A stretch of 64,000 nt of DNA from an uncultured virus (IMG/VR IMGVR_UViG_3300011375_000006) (IMGVR_UViG_3300011375_000006), one strand, 5' to 3'; shown: positions 29,570 through 38,438, numbered from the stretch's first letter. Program-made: numbers and translations. The notes: generated by a model from the sequence alone, not told the origin.

Positions 29570-30019
29570 TCAGAAAAAGGCGTATAGCTGATTCAGCACG
29601 TTCTGGTCGGTAGTGCGGCCAAAGACATGCTTTATCGCTGCGTTAATCATGGCGTTGTAACAGCGCTCGAATTCATCGGCTTCCATGCTGGCGTAAGACA
29701 GGCTCTTTGCTTCTGTCCTCACTTCACCGTTCAGCCTTACCGTCTGCTCGTAGAATCCTGCCAGTATCGTCAGGTCTTTGCGGAACCTGTCGAATTGCGT
29801 GGCTTCGTCCATATGCTCTAACCCGGCACGATTAGCGCACCAGTGCTGGAAGCAGAAGTTGAAGAAGGCGAACATCTTGCGGTGAAAAGCGGGCTGTCTG
29901 GTTAACTTGAATTCGGCTGTGTACATCTCGCCGTTCTTGAACTTGGTCAGGCGGGGTAAATCATGCTCAAACGCCGGGGCGAATACTCCCCCTGCCGTCT
30001 TTATCATCTCGATTTGCAT
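29570..30019 (-). CDS. DUF1367 (YbcN-like) protein
   Basis: R.PAFHRK.FAFF, FD.FRK.LTI.AGFY, AKSLSYA.M. Confidence 0.85.
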   Translation of the reverse strand: MQIEMIKTAGGVFAPAFEHDLPRLTKFKNGEMYTAEFKLTRQPAFHRKMFAFFNFCFQHWCANRAGLEHMDEATQFDRFRKDLTILAGFYEQTVRLNGEVRTEAKSLSYASMEADEFERCYNAMINAAIKHVFGRTTDQNVLNQLYAFF

Positions 30020-30176
30020 TAATAATTCTCACAATGTCGCGATGGATACAGGGATATTCTCGGCAGCCGCCTAAATTGACGTTGTAGGAGGAACCGATGA
30101 GATCGGGATAGTAGTAATGACCAATCCACTTTTTGAATTGCCAGCGACGCCACATAAACCATGCGATTACCGACAT
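29967..30176 (-). CDS. Hypothetical protein
   Basis: ORF filling the operon. Confidence 0.35.
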   Translation of the reverse strand: MSVIAWFMWRRWQFKKWIGHYYYPDLIGSSYNVNLGGCREYPCIHRDIVRIINANRDDKDGRGSIRPGV

Positions 30177-30177
30177 A

Positions 30178-30507
30178 TCACCTGTCCCCTTTTACTGTAA
30201 GACCAGCGGCGCGAATTGCTCTTACCACCGCATCCGTGGTTTGCTGTCTACCATCAGTATGCCCACTGGCATAAGCGCCATCCTCGCCATCTTTCCAGAA
30301 ATCGTCATTGGCTTCAGGCCAGTCAATATCAATCTCAATAGCTGCTCGACTGGCTTTCCATGCGTCATATTGTCCGTCTATATCTTGATCAACAAAGTAA
30401 TCGTGCTCCGGTGAGTAAATTTCGTCCCACGTCTCACGTGGCGTTGTCTCATAGAACTCTTCCCACCATTTTTGAAACAGTTCTCTACTGTTCATATTCC
30501 CCTCCAC
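30178..30507 (-). CDS. Nin-region hypothetical protein
   Basis: SRE.F..WW, AW.ASRAAIEI, AIRAAG..VKG mosaic motifs. Confidence 0.65.
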   Translation of the reverse strand: MEGNMNSRELFQKWWEEFYETTPRETWDEIYSPEHDYFVDQDIDGQYDAWKASRAAIEIDIDWPEANDDFWKDGEDGAYASGHTDGRQQTTDAVVRAIRAAGLTVKGDR

Positions 30508-30525
30508 ATGACAGCAGGCTGGCTG

Positions 30526-30633
30526 CTACTTAATGTTATTCCAGTGCCATTTCGCCAATTTCCTGCCCAGATATTCGCAGAGAAATACGACCCCCAATCC
30601 CAGGCCACAGCCAATAAGCCAGGGCCAGTTCAC
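30526..30633 (-). CDS. 35-aa membrane peptide (below ORF-track cut-off)
   Basis: GTG start overlapping the upstream stop; MNWPWLIGCGLGLGVVFLCEYLGRKLAKWHWNNIK. Confidence 0.4.
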   Translation of the reverse strand: MNWPWLIGCGLGLGVVFLCEYLGRKLAKWHWNNIK

Positions 30634-31094
30634 TCTCCCACCTCCATCAGCTCATGCGGGTAGTCACCGAACTCAGCCAGCAGAGTTGCTGATATTTCTT
30701 TTGCGATATCCTCAAACCCTGTCGCGTCGCGCGGCTTTTCCGTAAATCCTTTCTCAGTTAGCAACTCTATGACTCTGGAGAACGCCCGATGGTTTAAGTT
30801 GTCCGGCAGCCAAAAGTGGAATGCGCTGCCCTTCCGGTGTTGGTCAGACCCCAGCACTCCACGCTCAATCAACTTGTGAATACGGCGCATTGATTGATTA
30901 TTGCCGATTGGGAAGTCGATGAAGTTGCTTCGGAATGCCGTGCATACATGGGTTGCGTACCGCATATAAAACTTATCGTTAGGGGTAAGCCCGCGTTGAT
31001 TACCAAAGTAATTATGCGTAGACGTGTACGGCAACCGGCTGACAACGCCTTTCCAGATTGCAGAAAGAAAGTCTCGATCTGATATTTTCATCAC
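30630..31094 (-). CDS. Hypothetical protein (possible winged helix)
   Basis: Coupled ORF; ..RRIHKLIERG.L segment. Confidence 0.55.
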   Translation of the reverse strand: MMKISDRDFLSAIWKGVVSRLPYTSTHNYFGNQRGLTPNDKFYMRYATHVCTAFRSNFIDFPIGNNQSMRRIHKLIERGVLGSDQHRKGSAFHFWLPDNLNHRAFSRVIELLTEKGFTEKPRDATGFEDIAKEISATLLAEFGDYPHELMEVGE

Positions 31095-31453
31095 TTGCTC
31101 TCCATCAGCTCATCGGGAATGTCTACCTCATCGCCAAGCTTTGCAGCTACTACAGCGCGGCAAATGGCGATTTGTGGTGTGCTGCCAAATCCCTCTAACA
31201 TTTCTTCATTTTCTGAAAATCTTGCCATCCACTCAGTTCTGTCAGACGAGGCAGGGGTAATAGTCATTCCAAATCTGGCTATCATTGCCCCGCACTGAGA
31301 CCATGCCACAGAAGGCTGAATAATCACGTATGCATCCATCTCCATGTCGTAAGAAACAAAGCGCCCTTCATGCATCATGACTGGAAAATTGGAGGCTTTT
31401 ATAACCGCCCAATCCAGCGCCTTGCCGCTAAGCTCTGATGTTTTTACTTTCAC
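31091..31453 (-). CDS. NinX-like protein
   Basis: VKTSELSG.ALDWAV, PS..WSQCG.MI, G.TP.IAICRAVVA.KLGDEV. Confidence 0.75.
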   Translation of the reverse strand: MKVKTSELSGKALDWAVIKASNFPVMMHEGRFVSYDMEMDAYVIIQPSVAWSQCGAMIARFGMTITPASSDRTEWMARFSENEEMLEGFGSTPQIAICRAVVAAKLGDEVDIPDELMESK

Positions 31454-31617
31454 GATTGCACCTCGATTTCTTCTACGCTTTCAACTTCCATAGCGTGATA
31501 TCGTGTAAAGCCAGCGCCGAGAAAATAACTGAACTCGTTATCTCCGTGGTCAGTTAGGTCGAAAACGTTATCAATGGTTTCGCTGATACCGTCCAAATAA
31601 TTGATTTTTACTTTCAC
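31450..31617 (-). CDS. 55-aa hypothetical protein
   Basis: GTG start with AGGGG RBS; stop overlaps the next start. Confidence 0.5.
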   Translation of the reverse strand: MKVKINYLDGISETIDNVFDLTDHGDNEFSYFLGAGFTRYHAMEVESVEEIEVQS

Positions 31618-31628
31618 GATTTATCCCC

Positions 31629-31775
31629 TTATAGACCGAAAACTGACATCCACCACTTCGATAAGGCGATAACCGGCGGCAGGAAAATCATCACAGCAAG
31701 GAAAAGAGCAAATCCCATAACTATTCCGCCTAAAGCTCCGCTTTCCGGACGCCAAAATTTTAATGATTGCTTCAT
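31629..31775 (-). CDS. Small membrane protein
   Basis: GAGGA RBS; MKQSLKF... with a TM segment. Confidence 0.5.
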   Translation of the reverse strand: MKQSLKFWRPESGALGGIVMGFALFLAVMIFLPPVIALSKWWMSVFGL

Positions 31776-31818
31776 ATCTCTATCCTCAAATAAAAAGGCC
31801 ACTGTGTAAGTGGCCCTG

Positions 31819-32127
31819 TTAGTGGGTGGTCGGCGTAGATGCCCAGCAGGATTCATCGTCCCGCTCTTTCCATCGCAACCAGATAATTTCATAAACAAAC
31901 GGAATGAAGGCTGAGAAGAACTTTGACCACTGTTCATCACTGAAGCCTGTCGCCTCGTCAACCATGCGCTCAATCGGATGGATACGTGATGGTGGCCGGC
32001 TTACTTCGTAGATTCGCTCGAACTGTGCGATCAGCTCTTCTTCGTCCAGACATTTCTTCAGAACGGCAATGAAGCGCGGGTTTAACAAATGCGCTTTCAC
32101 CTCATTTGAGAGATCAGCTTTCATCAA
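31819..32127 (-). CDS. Hypothetical protein
   Basis: PIERMVDEATG...FIPFV...IW motif; coupled ORF. Confidence 0.6.
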   Translation of the reverse strand: MMKADLSNEVKAHLLNPRFIAVLKKCLDEEELIAQFERIYEVSRPPSRIHPIERMVDEATGFSDEQWSKFFSAFIPFVYEIIWLRWKERDDESCWASTPTTH

Positions 32128-32295
32128 AACCCCCTTATGTGAGATTCAAGCCTAAGCGCGTTATCCGCGGCCATTCGTCGGGCGCTGTCGATTCTCATCT
32201 GGTCCTCGGGGTTCTCTCCCGACACAAGAGTTAATTCGGCACAAATTCGGTAGAGATAATTTTTAGCTCTCTCCATGGCTTCTTTGTCGCCCTTC

Positions 32296-33663
32296 TTAGC
32301 ATTCGTAGTCATCGTGATACTCCATGGTTTCATTTCGTGAAAACGCGTATGGATCAAGTCCGGAGTGGGCGTTGCTGAAGAAATATGTTTTCTCAGCCCC
32401 CGGGGCATGTCGTGACTTGGTACAGATGATTTCTGTCACGCCTTTAAGCTCGGTCTGCGGGTTATATTTCTCATCGCGGTAGACCATGAAAATTACATCC
32501 GCCTCCTGCTCAATGACGCCAGATTCACGCAGGTCAGAGTTAACGGGTCGTTTGTTGGACCTTTCTTCGACCTTCCTGCTTAGCTGTGAAAGAGCGATAA
32601 CCGGGCAGCGTAATTCCTTTGCCAGATTCTTCAGGCCTGTTGCTATTTCCCCAACGGACTGGTTCATGTTTTCCGGGTTCGTCATTTTCATCTTCTGGAT
32701 GTAGTCGATGACAATAACGCCAAGCCCGCCGAGCTTTTTATGCATCCTCCGGGCTTCGGAGCGGATCTGGTGAACGCTTAGTGATGTTTTGTCGTTGATG
32801 TGAATCGGGGCGCGGGTAAATTCTTCGAGGCACCGGCCTACTTTCGCCCATTCCAGATCCTGATTCTTCCCGTTCTCACCAAGTAGACCTTCCTTGCTCA
32901 CGCCTGCACGGTGAAAAGCGATGCGCTGAGATATTTGCTCAATTGGCATTTCCAGGCTGAAGAAAAGCACCGGCTTTTTGCTCTTCAGAGCCACCGTTTC
33001 TGTGGCGGTCGTGCTGAACATGGTTTTACCCATGCCAGGTCTTCCACCAACGACGATGAAGTCAGTGTTATTGAATCCGCCGAACGCTTTGTCGATGTCG
33101 GTCATGCCAAGCTGGGTCCTGTGTTTCCACATGTCACCATTCAGAATGGACTCAACCTCTTCAATGGCTATTTCAATCCCGTCCAGGATATGGCGGGTTC
33201 CCGCATCCCTGAATACTTCGACCTCACCAATACTGGCCTGAATATTGCCGATGATGTCCTGTACGCTCTCCGTGGTTGGCTCAGTGAGCTTCTGAATGCC
33301 TTCCTGAAGCATCTGAACCATAGTTCGCCCTGAGGTAAATTCCTTCAGCTTCTGGACGTATGTGGGAAGGTTTCGCAGTGACGGAATGTCTTTGGTAGTT
33401 TCGGCCAGGTAACCAAATCCGCCGACCTTATCCAGCTCACCTCTTGCCTCAATGTCAGAGGTCACGGTCAGAAGGTCTACAGGTGACCCAATTGAATTAA
33501 GTCGCTTCAGGGTCGCCAGTACGACTTTGTGCCCGTATACAGTGAAGTCGTTTTCATCGAGCCCTTCGATGGCGTCCAGTGCCGCATCAGAGAACTCATC
33601 CCGGGCCAACATGATCGTTCCGAGCACGTTACGCTCGATGTATAAATCAACAAATCTGCTCAT
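32296..33663 (-). CDS. DnaB-like replicative helicase
   Basis: GGRPGMGKT, FSLEM, IDYIQ, LSQLSR, SDLRESG.IEQ.AD. Confidence 0.95.
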   Translation of the reverse strand: MSRFVDLYIERNVLGTIMLARDEFSDAALDAIEGLDENDFTVYGHKVVLATLKRLNSIGSPVDLLTVTSDIEARGELDKVGGFGYLAETTKDIPSLRNLPTYVQKLKEFTSGRTMVQMLQEGIQKLTEPTTESVQDIIGNIQASIGEVEVFRDAGTRHILDGIEIAIEEVESILNGDMWKHRTQLGMTDIDKAFGGFNNTDFIVVGGRPGMGKTMFSTTATETVALKSKKPVLFFSLEMPIEQISQRIAFHRAGVSKEGLLGENGKNQDLEWAKVGRCLEEFTRAPIHINDKTSLSVHQIRSEARRMHKKLGGLGVIVIDYIQKMKMTNPENMNQSVGEIATGLKNLAKELRCPVIALSQLSRKVEERSNKRPVNSDLRESGVIEQEADVIFMVYRDEKYNPQTELKGVTEIICTKSRHAPGAEKTYFFSNAHSGLDPYAFSRNETMEYHDDYEC

Positions 33664-34841
33664 GCAGGCACTCCTTTTCGCTGCCTGTGTTCGTTGATGG
33701 CCTGCTCATACACCTGACCCCAGTTCTTGGGGTTTAGCACCCAATCAAGTGTCAGCCATGGCTTTGTGTCAGCTGAGGCAAACAGAGACGATTGCTTGAT
33801 GAGATCGAATGCAGTTCCGATATGTTTGGCTTCTCGCCAGTTTCCAGAATTTGTTTTCCCGTTCCAGACTGCCTCCAGATTTCCGTAAGCCGGGCGGCGT
33901 CTGTTCCATTCGTGCAAAGCGATAGCTTTCGACGGGAATTTCTCATTCCACATACCGATCAGCACTTCATGAGGACATGAAACAGGATTCTGTGTACCGC
34001 CATCAGCCCAAATCAGAGCGTCCGAAAGGTATCCATCGAATCGGGTCATGGTGCAAATGTTGTTTGGCTTAGGAACTGTCTTGCGCTGCTTCCAGCACGT
34101 AATCGCCCACCTGACAACCAGCTTGACCTCATCGACCGTGTAACAAACGCCTTTTGTCTTGGCAGTACTAAGAGCCTTTTCAAACGCAGCTGCTGATGAA
34201 CATCTTGATCCTGAAAGCTGGTTGTAATACTCAAGACAATCCATGGCGAGTGCTTCAACCCCCTCTGGGGGATATAGGGGGGTTTTATTATTCTTATTAA
34301 CTACATTCTTATTCTGTTCGACGGGTGGTTCGACGGATGGTTCGACGCCTACCAGTCTTAAACCCGCGCCGTTACTGGGTTTAGGTTCGACGGGTGGTTC
34401 GACGGATGGTTCGACGGATGGTTCGACGCCTGAAACGCCCTGATATTCACAGTAATTAGTGATCGTTATCACGGTTCCAAATGGCGTCCCTTTGGTGTTA
34501 ATCATTCCTTCCCGTGAGAAGAAATTGAGCATCCTTTCTACTGACTTAGCGCTTTTTTCGTTACCTTCCTGATCGCGTAATTTCCGGGCCATTATCGAGG
34601 TCGTTGTTACGAGTTGACCAGCCTCAAGAAACCACTCACGACCAGCGAATTCAACCATACCGGGCTTAAATCTCGCCTGGCTGAGCAACCTCACCCACAG
34701 GGCAAGCTTCGCTGTATCTGTTGCCCATGGTGCATCCAGAGCGCTTCTGAACAGAGCGAAGTGGCCAGACTTTCTGTTGTCCACGCATGAGCTCCTGGAG
34801 GGCGATCCCTCCGTTCTGCTAACTAACTTAACGACGCCCAT
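33660..34841 (-). CDS. Replication initiator (O-like)
   Basis: N-terminal wHTH (GQLVTT..., GTVITITNY..YQ), internal iterons, upstream of DnaB. Confidence 0.85.
   Translation of the reverse strand: MGVVKLVSRTEGSPSRSSCVDNRKSGHFALFRSALDAPWATDTAKLALWVRLLSQARFKPGMVEFAGREWFLEAGQLVTTTSIMARKLRDQEGNEKSAKSVERMLNFFSREGMINTKGTPFGTVITITNYCEYQGVSGVEPSVEPSVEPPVEPKPSNGAGLRLVGVEPSVEPPVEQNKNVVNKNNKTPLYPPEGVEALAMDCLEYYNQLSGSRCSSAAAFEKALSTAKTKGVCYTVDEVKLVVRWAITCWKQRKTVPKPNNICTMTRFDGYLSDALIWADGGTQNPVSCPHEVLIGMWNEKFPSKAIALHEWNRRRPAYGNLEAVWNGKTNSGNWREAKHIGTAFDLIKQSSLFASADTKPWLTLDWVLNPKNWGQVYEQAINEHRQRKGVPA
34316..34431. repeat. Replication origin iterons (7 copies of ~12-bp GGTTCGACG-core unit, in 3+4 clusters)
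   Basis: GGTTCGACGG(G/A)T tandem repeats next to AT-rich tract 34283-34315. Confidence 0.85.
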
Positions 34842-34992
34842 TTTTCCCCCTGACCTTTGCCAGTGCTAATCTGAATTCACCAATAAAACGAGCGGCAAAC
34901 GCCCGGTTATTAGCGGCTGCTATCACCAACCCATCAGGTGAATCAGGGTGCCGAATCTCTTCATTTTCCTGGTGCTTTCTGCTCTTTCGCAT
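34828..34992 (-). CDS. 54-aa protein between cII and O
   Basis: AGGAG RBS; MRKSRKHQENEEIRHPDSPDGLVIAAANNRAFAARF. Confidence 0.6.
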   Translation of the reverse strand: MRKSRKHQENEEIRHPDSPDGLVIAAANNRAFAARFIGEFRLALAKVRGKNGRR

Positions 34993-35009
34993 TAAAATAT
35001 CTCCTGTTG

Positions 35010-35089
35010 ATTGTGTTGGCGTAACACAGTGACTAAAAATCCAATGTGATTTGCTCCGAACGCTCAGTTACCGCTGGGCGTTTTTTATT
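35010..35089 (+). ncRNA. oop: OOP-like antisense RNA to cII (5' end approximate)
   Basis: Terminator GAACGCTCAGTTACCGCTGGGCGTTTTTTATT, near-identical to recalled lambda oop; antisense to the cII 3' end. Confidence 0.7.
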
Positions 35090-35326
35090 TGTCAGCAGTG
35101 CTGCAACTTCCCTGGCTAAACGCGCCAGCTCGTCATCGACAACACCCCACTCCAGAACGGCGAGAAGCATCGATAATTTCGGAATCCAGTCCCGTTTCCA
35201 CCGGCTAATCTGCGCTTTATCCACACCTACAGCTGCGGCTGTTTTTTCAGTGCCGAGTAATGCGATTTTGTTGAGTAATGCGCTCTCAATGCGGAGCGCC
35301 TCATTGCGTTTGTTTGCGTGATCCAT
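35033..35326 (-). CDS. cII: CII transcriptional activator
   Basis: ANKRNEALRIESALLNKIA.LGTEKTA.AVGVDK.QISRWKRDWIPK. Confidence 0.97.
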   Translation of the reverse strand: MDHANKRNEALRIESALLNKIALLGTEKTAAAVGVDKAQISRWKRDWIPKLSMLLAVLEWGVVDDELARLAREVAALLTNKKRPAVTERSEQITLDF

Positions 35327-35336
35327 TTCGTAGTAT
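35304..35336 (+). promoter_or_regulatory. pRE with CII site
   Basis: TTGCGTTTGTTTGC (TTGC-N6-TTGC) then TAGTAT. Confidence 0.85.
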
Positions 35337-35409
35337 TTCCATTAGTGAATAGTTAATGAGCGCACACCCATAACGGGTGACGCATAGATTTGTAGTCTTT
35401 TGGATTACT

Positions 35410-35442
35410 GCCCTTTTTCAGGGCGGGGATGTGTAAAGAGCG
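35410..35442 (-). promoter_or_regulatory. nutR (boxA-boxB)
   Basis: CGCTCTTTACACA then GCCCTGAAAAAGGGC on the minus strand. Confidence 0.9.
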
Positions 35443-35449
35443 GTGTTAC

Positions 35450-35677
35450 TTAAGCGGCTAACAAGTTTTTCTTACTCAGTTCTAGCATTTCATTGGCCTG
35501 ATATTTACCGCCAGATAACTGCTCAATTTTCGATGCGTAATTCGTTTTCCCGAAAAACTCAGTCTTGGGGAGGAATCCGTTTTTGAGCCACTTGTAGACG
35601 GCTCGCTCACTAACTCCACAAGCCTTAGCCACCTCTGGGATGCCGACGCATTTAATCGGTTCATCTAAGTTTTGCAT
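35450..35677 (-). CDS. cro: Cro-like repressor
   Basis: HTH IPEVAKACGVSERAVYKW; divergent from cI. Confidence 0.9.
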   Translation of the reverse strand: MQNLDEPIKCVGIPEVAKACGVSERAVYKWLKNGFLPKTEFFGKTNYASKIEQLSGGKYQANEMLELSKKNLLAA

Positions 35678-35693
35678 GGGCCATTCCTTTTTC

Positions 35694-35762
35694 GTACTTT
35701 CAGTTCGCATTATGGTTGAACTGAAAGTTTTTGCAAGTGCTTTACTATCGAACTCATGGTTC
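35694..35762. promoter_or_regulatory. oR operators with pR and pRM
   Basis: GTACTTTCAGTTC (35694), GAACTGAAAGTTT (35718), GAACTCATGGTTC (35750); TACTAT 7 nt before the cI ATG suggests a leaderless mRNA. Confidence 0.75.
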
Positions 35763-36469
35763 ATACTGAAAAATTGCGTGGTGAATTTGCTCAGCGGCTA
35801 GCGCAAGCCTGTAAAGAAGCTGGGTTAGATGAGCATGGAAGGGGCATGGCGATAGCCAGGGCTCTTAACGTTTCATCAAAAGGGGTCAGCAAATGGTTTA
35901 ACGCTGAAGCCCTGCCTCGCCAAGAAAAAATCAATGCTCTGGCGAAGTATTTGAAAGTTGATGTTGTCTGGCTTCAGCATGGCGTGGCTTCTGGCAAGGG
36001 TGATGCTGATTCAGATTCGGTTTCATTTGCTGGGGTTATGAAAAAAGGATTGGTTAGAGTGGTGGGAGAGGCCGTTCTTGGGCTAGATGGAGCCATCGAA
36101 ATGACAGAAGATCTTGATGGCTGGCTGAAAATTTATAGTGATGATCCTGATGCTTACGGTTTGCGTGTAAAGGGAGACAGCATGTGGCCTCGCATCAAAT
36201 CTGGTGAGTACGTACTGGTTGAGCCTAATACTTTAGTACGGGCGGGTGACGAGGTTTTTGTGCGGACATCTGAAGGTCATAACATGATTAAAGTACTCGG
36301 CTATGACCGAGACGGCGAGTATCAATTTACAAGCATTAATCAAGACCATCGCCCCATAACCTTACCCTACGATGATGTAGCAAAAATAGAGTACGTTGCA
36401 GGGGTTCTGAAGCAATCGCGGCACATGGATGATGATGAGGCGCGCGAGTGGTTAAGAAACAGGTCGTGA
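35756..36469 (+). CDS. cI: CI repressor (HTH + S24 peptidase)
   Basis: HTH; V.GDSM.P catalytic Ser; MIK catalytic Lys. Confidence 0.95.
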   Translation: MVHTEKLRGEFAQRLAQACKEAGLDEHGRGMAIARALNVSSKGVSKWFNAEALPRQEKINALAKYLKVDVVWLQHGVASGKGDADSDSVSFAGVMKKGLVRVVGEAVLGLDGAIEMTEDLDGWLKIYSDDPDAYGLRVKGDSMWPRIKSGEYVLVEPNTLVRAGDEVFVRTSEGHNMIKVLGYDRDGEYQFTSINQDHRPITLPYDDVAKIEYVAGVLKQSRHMDDDEAREWLRNRS

Positions 36470-36643
36470 CTGCTAGCAGTGGCCTGAGGATATCTTTGAG
36501 TAGGGATCAGTAGTGATTTTCTCATGTATATAATCACAGCAAGGCTTGACTTTTGTAAAATTAATCATATTTGAGTTGTCAAGGTCTGTCTTTCAGGTAC
36601 ACTTCAATCAAGCTCCTATATGCGAGCTTTTGAGGAGAACAAA

Positions 36644-36940
36644 ATGAAAATCTTACGTTGCATGGCCTACCAGCAGGATGGTGTATTTGTCGCTGCATGT
36701 TTAGACCTATCTCTTGCAGCGCAAGCAGACACTATGCGTGAAGCTATGGATAAGCTTGAATCTCAAATTAAAGATTTCCTTACTGAGGCGCTTTCTGAAC
36801 CTCAGTACGCAGAACAACTGTTAAAAAGAAAGGCTCCACTTTCTATGTGGTTGAAGTATTGGGTGGTTGCATTTCAGGTTTTCGTGAGAAAACGCGAGCA
36901 AGCCAAGCTGTTCGCGGAACCCTGTGATTCACTTGCATAG
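36644..36940 (+). CDS. HicB-like antitoxin without a DNA-binding domain
   Basis: VAACLDL.LAAQ.DT..EA...L...I; GAGGAG RBS. Confidence 0.7.
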   Translation: MKILRCMAYQQDGVFVAACLDLSLAAQADTMREAMDKLESQIKDFLTEALSEPQYAEQLLKRKAPLSMWLKYWVVAFQVFVRKREQAKLFAEPCDSLA

Positions 36941-36949
36941 GTGAAGTGA

Positions 36950-37234
36950 ATGTTTCGGAAAAAATTAACGCCATTGAAGTACGAAGAAGTCATCAGGGGC
37001 TTAAAGAAGATGGGATTTGAAATGAAGCCCAGGTCCGGAACATCTCACGAGCAATGGATCTTAAAAAATAGCAAAGGGAAGTGGGTGGTTACTGTAGATC
37101 AGCATCACGCTCCGTTTTCCAAGGACTTAATAAAATCCATGGCAAAGCAAGCAGGGATCAAGGACAGACATTTCCACGCCCTGTGCCGTGGCGATGCCAC
37201 ACTTGAGCAAATAGGTTTTGAAATAGTCAGCTAA
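36950..37234 (+). CDS. hicA: HicA family toxin
   Basis: EVIRGLKKMGF...GTSHEQW...VTV..H...LIKSM.KQAG. Confidence 0.85.
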   Translation: MFRKKLTPLKYEEVIRGLKKMGFEMKPRSGTSHEQWILKNSKGKWVVTVDQHHAPFSKDLIKSMAKQAGIKDRHFHALCRGDATLEQIGFEIVS

Positions 37235-37258
37235 CCCGGCCACCGCGCCGGGTTTTTT
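37233..37258 (+). terminator. Terminator after hicA (timm-like)
   Basis: AACCCGGC-CACCGC-GCCGGGTTTTTT. Confidence 0.85.
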
Positions 37259-37266
37259 ATTGCCCG

Positions 37267-37476
37267 TTAGTCAATCGCAGCACTTCCCTTTCGCACTATC
37301 TCCGCCGCATCCCTGTTAACCCCTTTCCCAATCACGTTACCCGTTTCTTTTCGGTACTGCTCCAGCTTTTCAACGACCGCTTCCTGAGTTATCGGCTGAT
37401 TGGCGAGCGATAGCTCCATAATCGCCCGCCCCATAGCTGCAACCATCATGTTCACGCGCTCCTCGTCCAGACTCAT
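37267..37476 (-). CDS. Small hypothetical protein
   Basis: Helical 69-aa ORF convergent on the terminator. Confidence 0.55.
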   Translation of the reverse strand: MSLDEERVNMMVAAMGRAIMELSLANQPITQEAVVEKLEQYRKETGNVIGKGVNRDAAEIVRKGSAAID

Positions 37477-37602
37477 AGCCAATCCCCGCTCAGATTTTGA
37501 CCATCACAAGCTATCACAGGTGGATTGATAAGGCATTTACAAAAATAAATAACCTTATAAATCAATATCGAACCAAGAGAACGAAAGATTTATTAAAATT
37601 TC

Positions 37603-37644
37603 GTACTTATGGTTCTTGCATAACTCGAACTATTGGTTCAATAT
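37603..37644 (+). promoter_or_regulatory. oL/pL
   Basis: GTACTTATGGTTC (37603) and GAACTATTGGTTC (37627) match the oR consensus; TTGCAT-N17-CAATAT. Confidence 0.75.
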
Positions 37645-37683
37645 AAGTCCATCAGCAGGACGCACTAATCACCAGGACGGTGA

Positions 37684-37714
37684 TGCTCATTAACAGAGGG
37701 CCCTGAAAAAGGGC
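37684..37714 (+). promoter_or_regulatory. nutL (boxA-boxB)
   Basis: TGCTCATTAACA then GCCCTGAAAAAGGGC. Confidence 0.85.
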
Positions 37715-37732
37715 AAATACACCGAAGCAGAC

Positions 37733-37809
37733 AGCTTCTGGATGATGTGAATTGCAGCCGCCAGACGGCAACCGCGAGGATAAGCGACGCGGCGCATCAT
37801 CCAAAAGCT
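37733..37809 (+). promoter_or_regulatory. RNase III-type stem in the N leader
   Basis: AGCTTCTGGATGATGTG / CGCATCATCCAAAAGCT, followed by lambda-like AACTGACAGGAG. Confidence 0.7.
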
Positions 37810-37826
37810 AACTGACAGGAGGATGT

Positions 37827-38084
37827 ATGAACGCACAAGAACGCCGCCGCGAACGACGCGCCGCTAAACAGGCAGACTGGAAATCAGCTAACCCCCTGTT
37901 AGTGGGTATCAGCGCCAAGCCGGAGCGAATTACGCTGAAGCTTAACCGCAAGGTTGACCGTGTGGCTAAGGCATTAATCGCGCAGGACACAAAGTATTAC
38001 GACAGTGCAGACAACCGTTGCCTGCCAGAAGTAGCGATGTACAGCGCGGGATATCGTAAATCAAACAACGTTACAGCGAGGTAG
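37827..38084 (+). CDS. N: Early antiterminator N
   Basis: MNAQERRRERRAAKQADWKSANPLLVG arginine-rich motif. Confidence 0.95.
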   Translation: MNAQERRRERRAAKQADWKSANPLLVGISAKPERITLKLNRKVDRVAKALIAQDTKYYDSADNRCLPEVAMYSAGYRKSNNVTAR

Positions 38085-38086
38085 GT

Positions 38087-38224
38087 ATGGAAGATTACTG
38101 GCTTGGCGTATGCGTGGGCTGGCTTCTAGGAATGGCGCTGACGTCGTGGTTGGAACGGGGGCGCATTAAAGCCTACAAAAATCATATTGCCGCATTAGAA
38201 ATGGTTATCGAGAAACTTAAATAG
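38087..38224 (+). CDS. 45-aa membrane peptide
   Basis: GAGGT RBS; MEDYWLGVCVGWLLGMALTSW. Confidence 0.5.
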   Translation: MEDYWLGVCVGWLLGMALTSWLERGRIKAYKNHIAALEMVIEKLK

Positions 38225-38261
38225 CAGAGCGCGTTACAGCGCGGTAAACAAAGGGGTGTGT

Positions 38262-38438
38262 ATGAAATTCGAAAATATTCCAGAGGATGTGCGCAGTGCG
38301 ATGATTGAAACGTATCAATTAGCAGTATGTAGTGAAAGGGCGCCAGCCGATGAGACCAGCGCTGCCTTGCAGAAAAAAAGACTGGAACTGCTCGCAGATA
38401 ATCTACGTAGCGGGTTTAAAAAGCTTATTTCTGATTAG
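38262..38438 (+). CDS. Hypothetical protein
   Basis: MKFENIPEDVR...; AAGGGG RBS. Confidence 0.5.
   Translation: MKFENIPEDVRSAMIETYQLAVCSERAPADETSAALQKKRLELLADNLRSGFKKLISD

Noticed and set aside
34316..34431. Tandem repeats as CRISPR or a VNTR contingency locus
   Set aside because: In-frame 12-bp units inside the initiator gene next to an AT-rich tract are typical lambdoid origin iterons.
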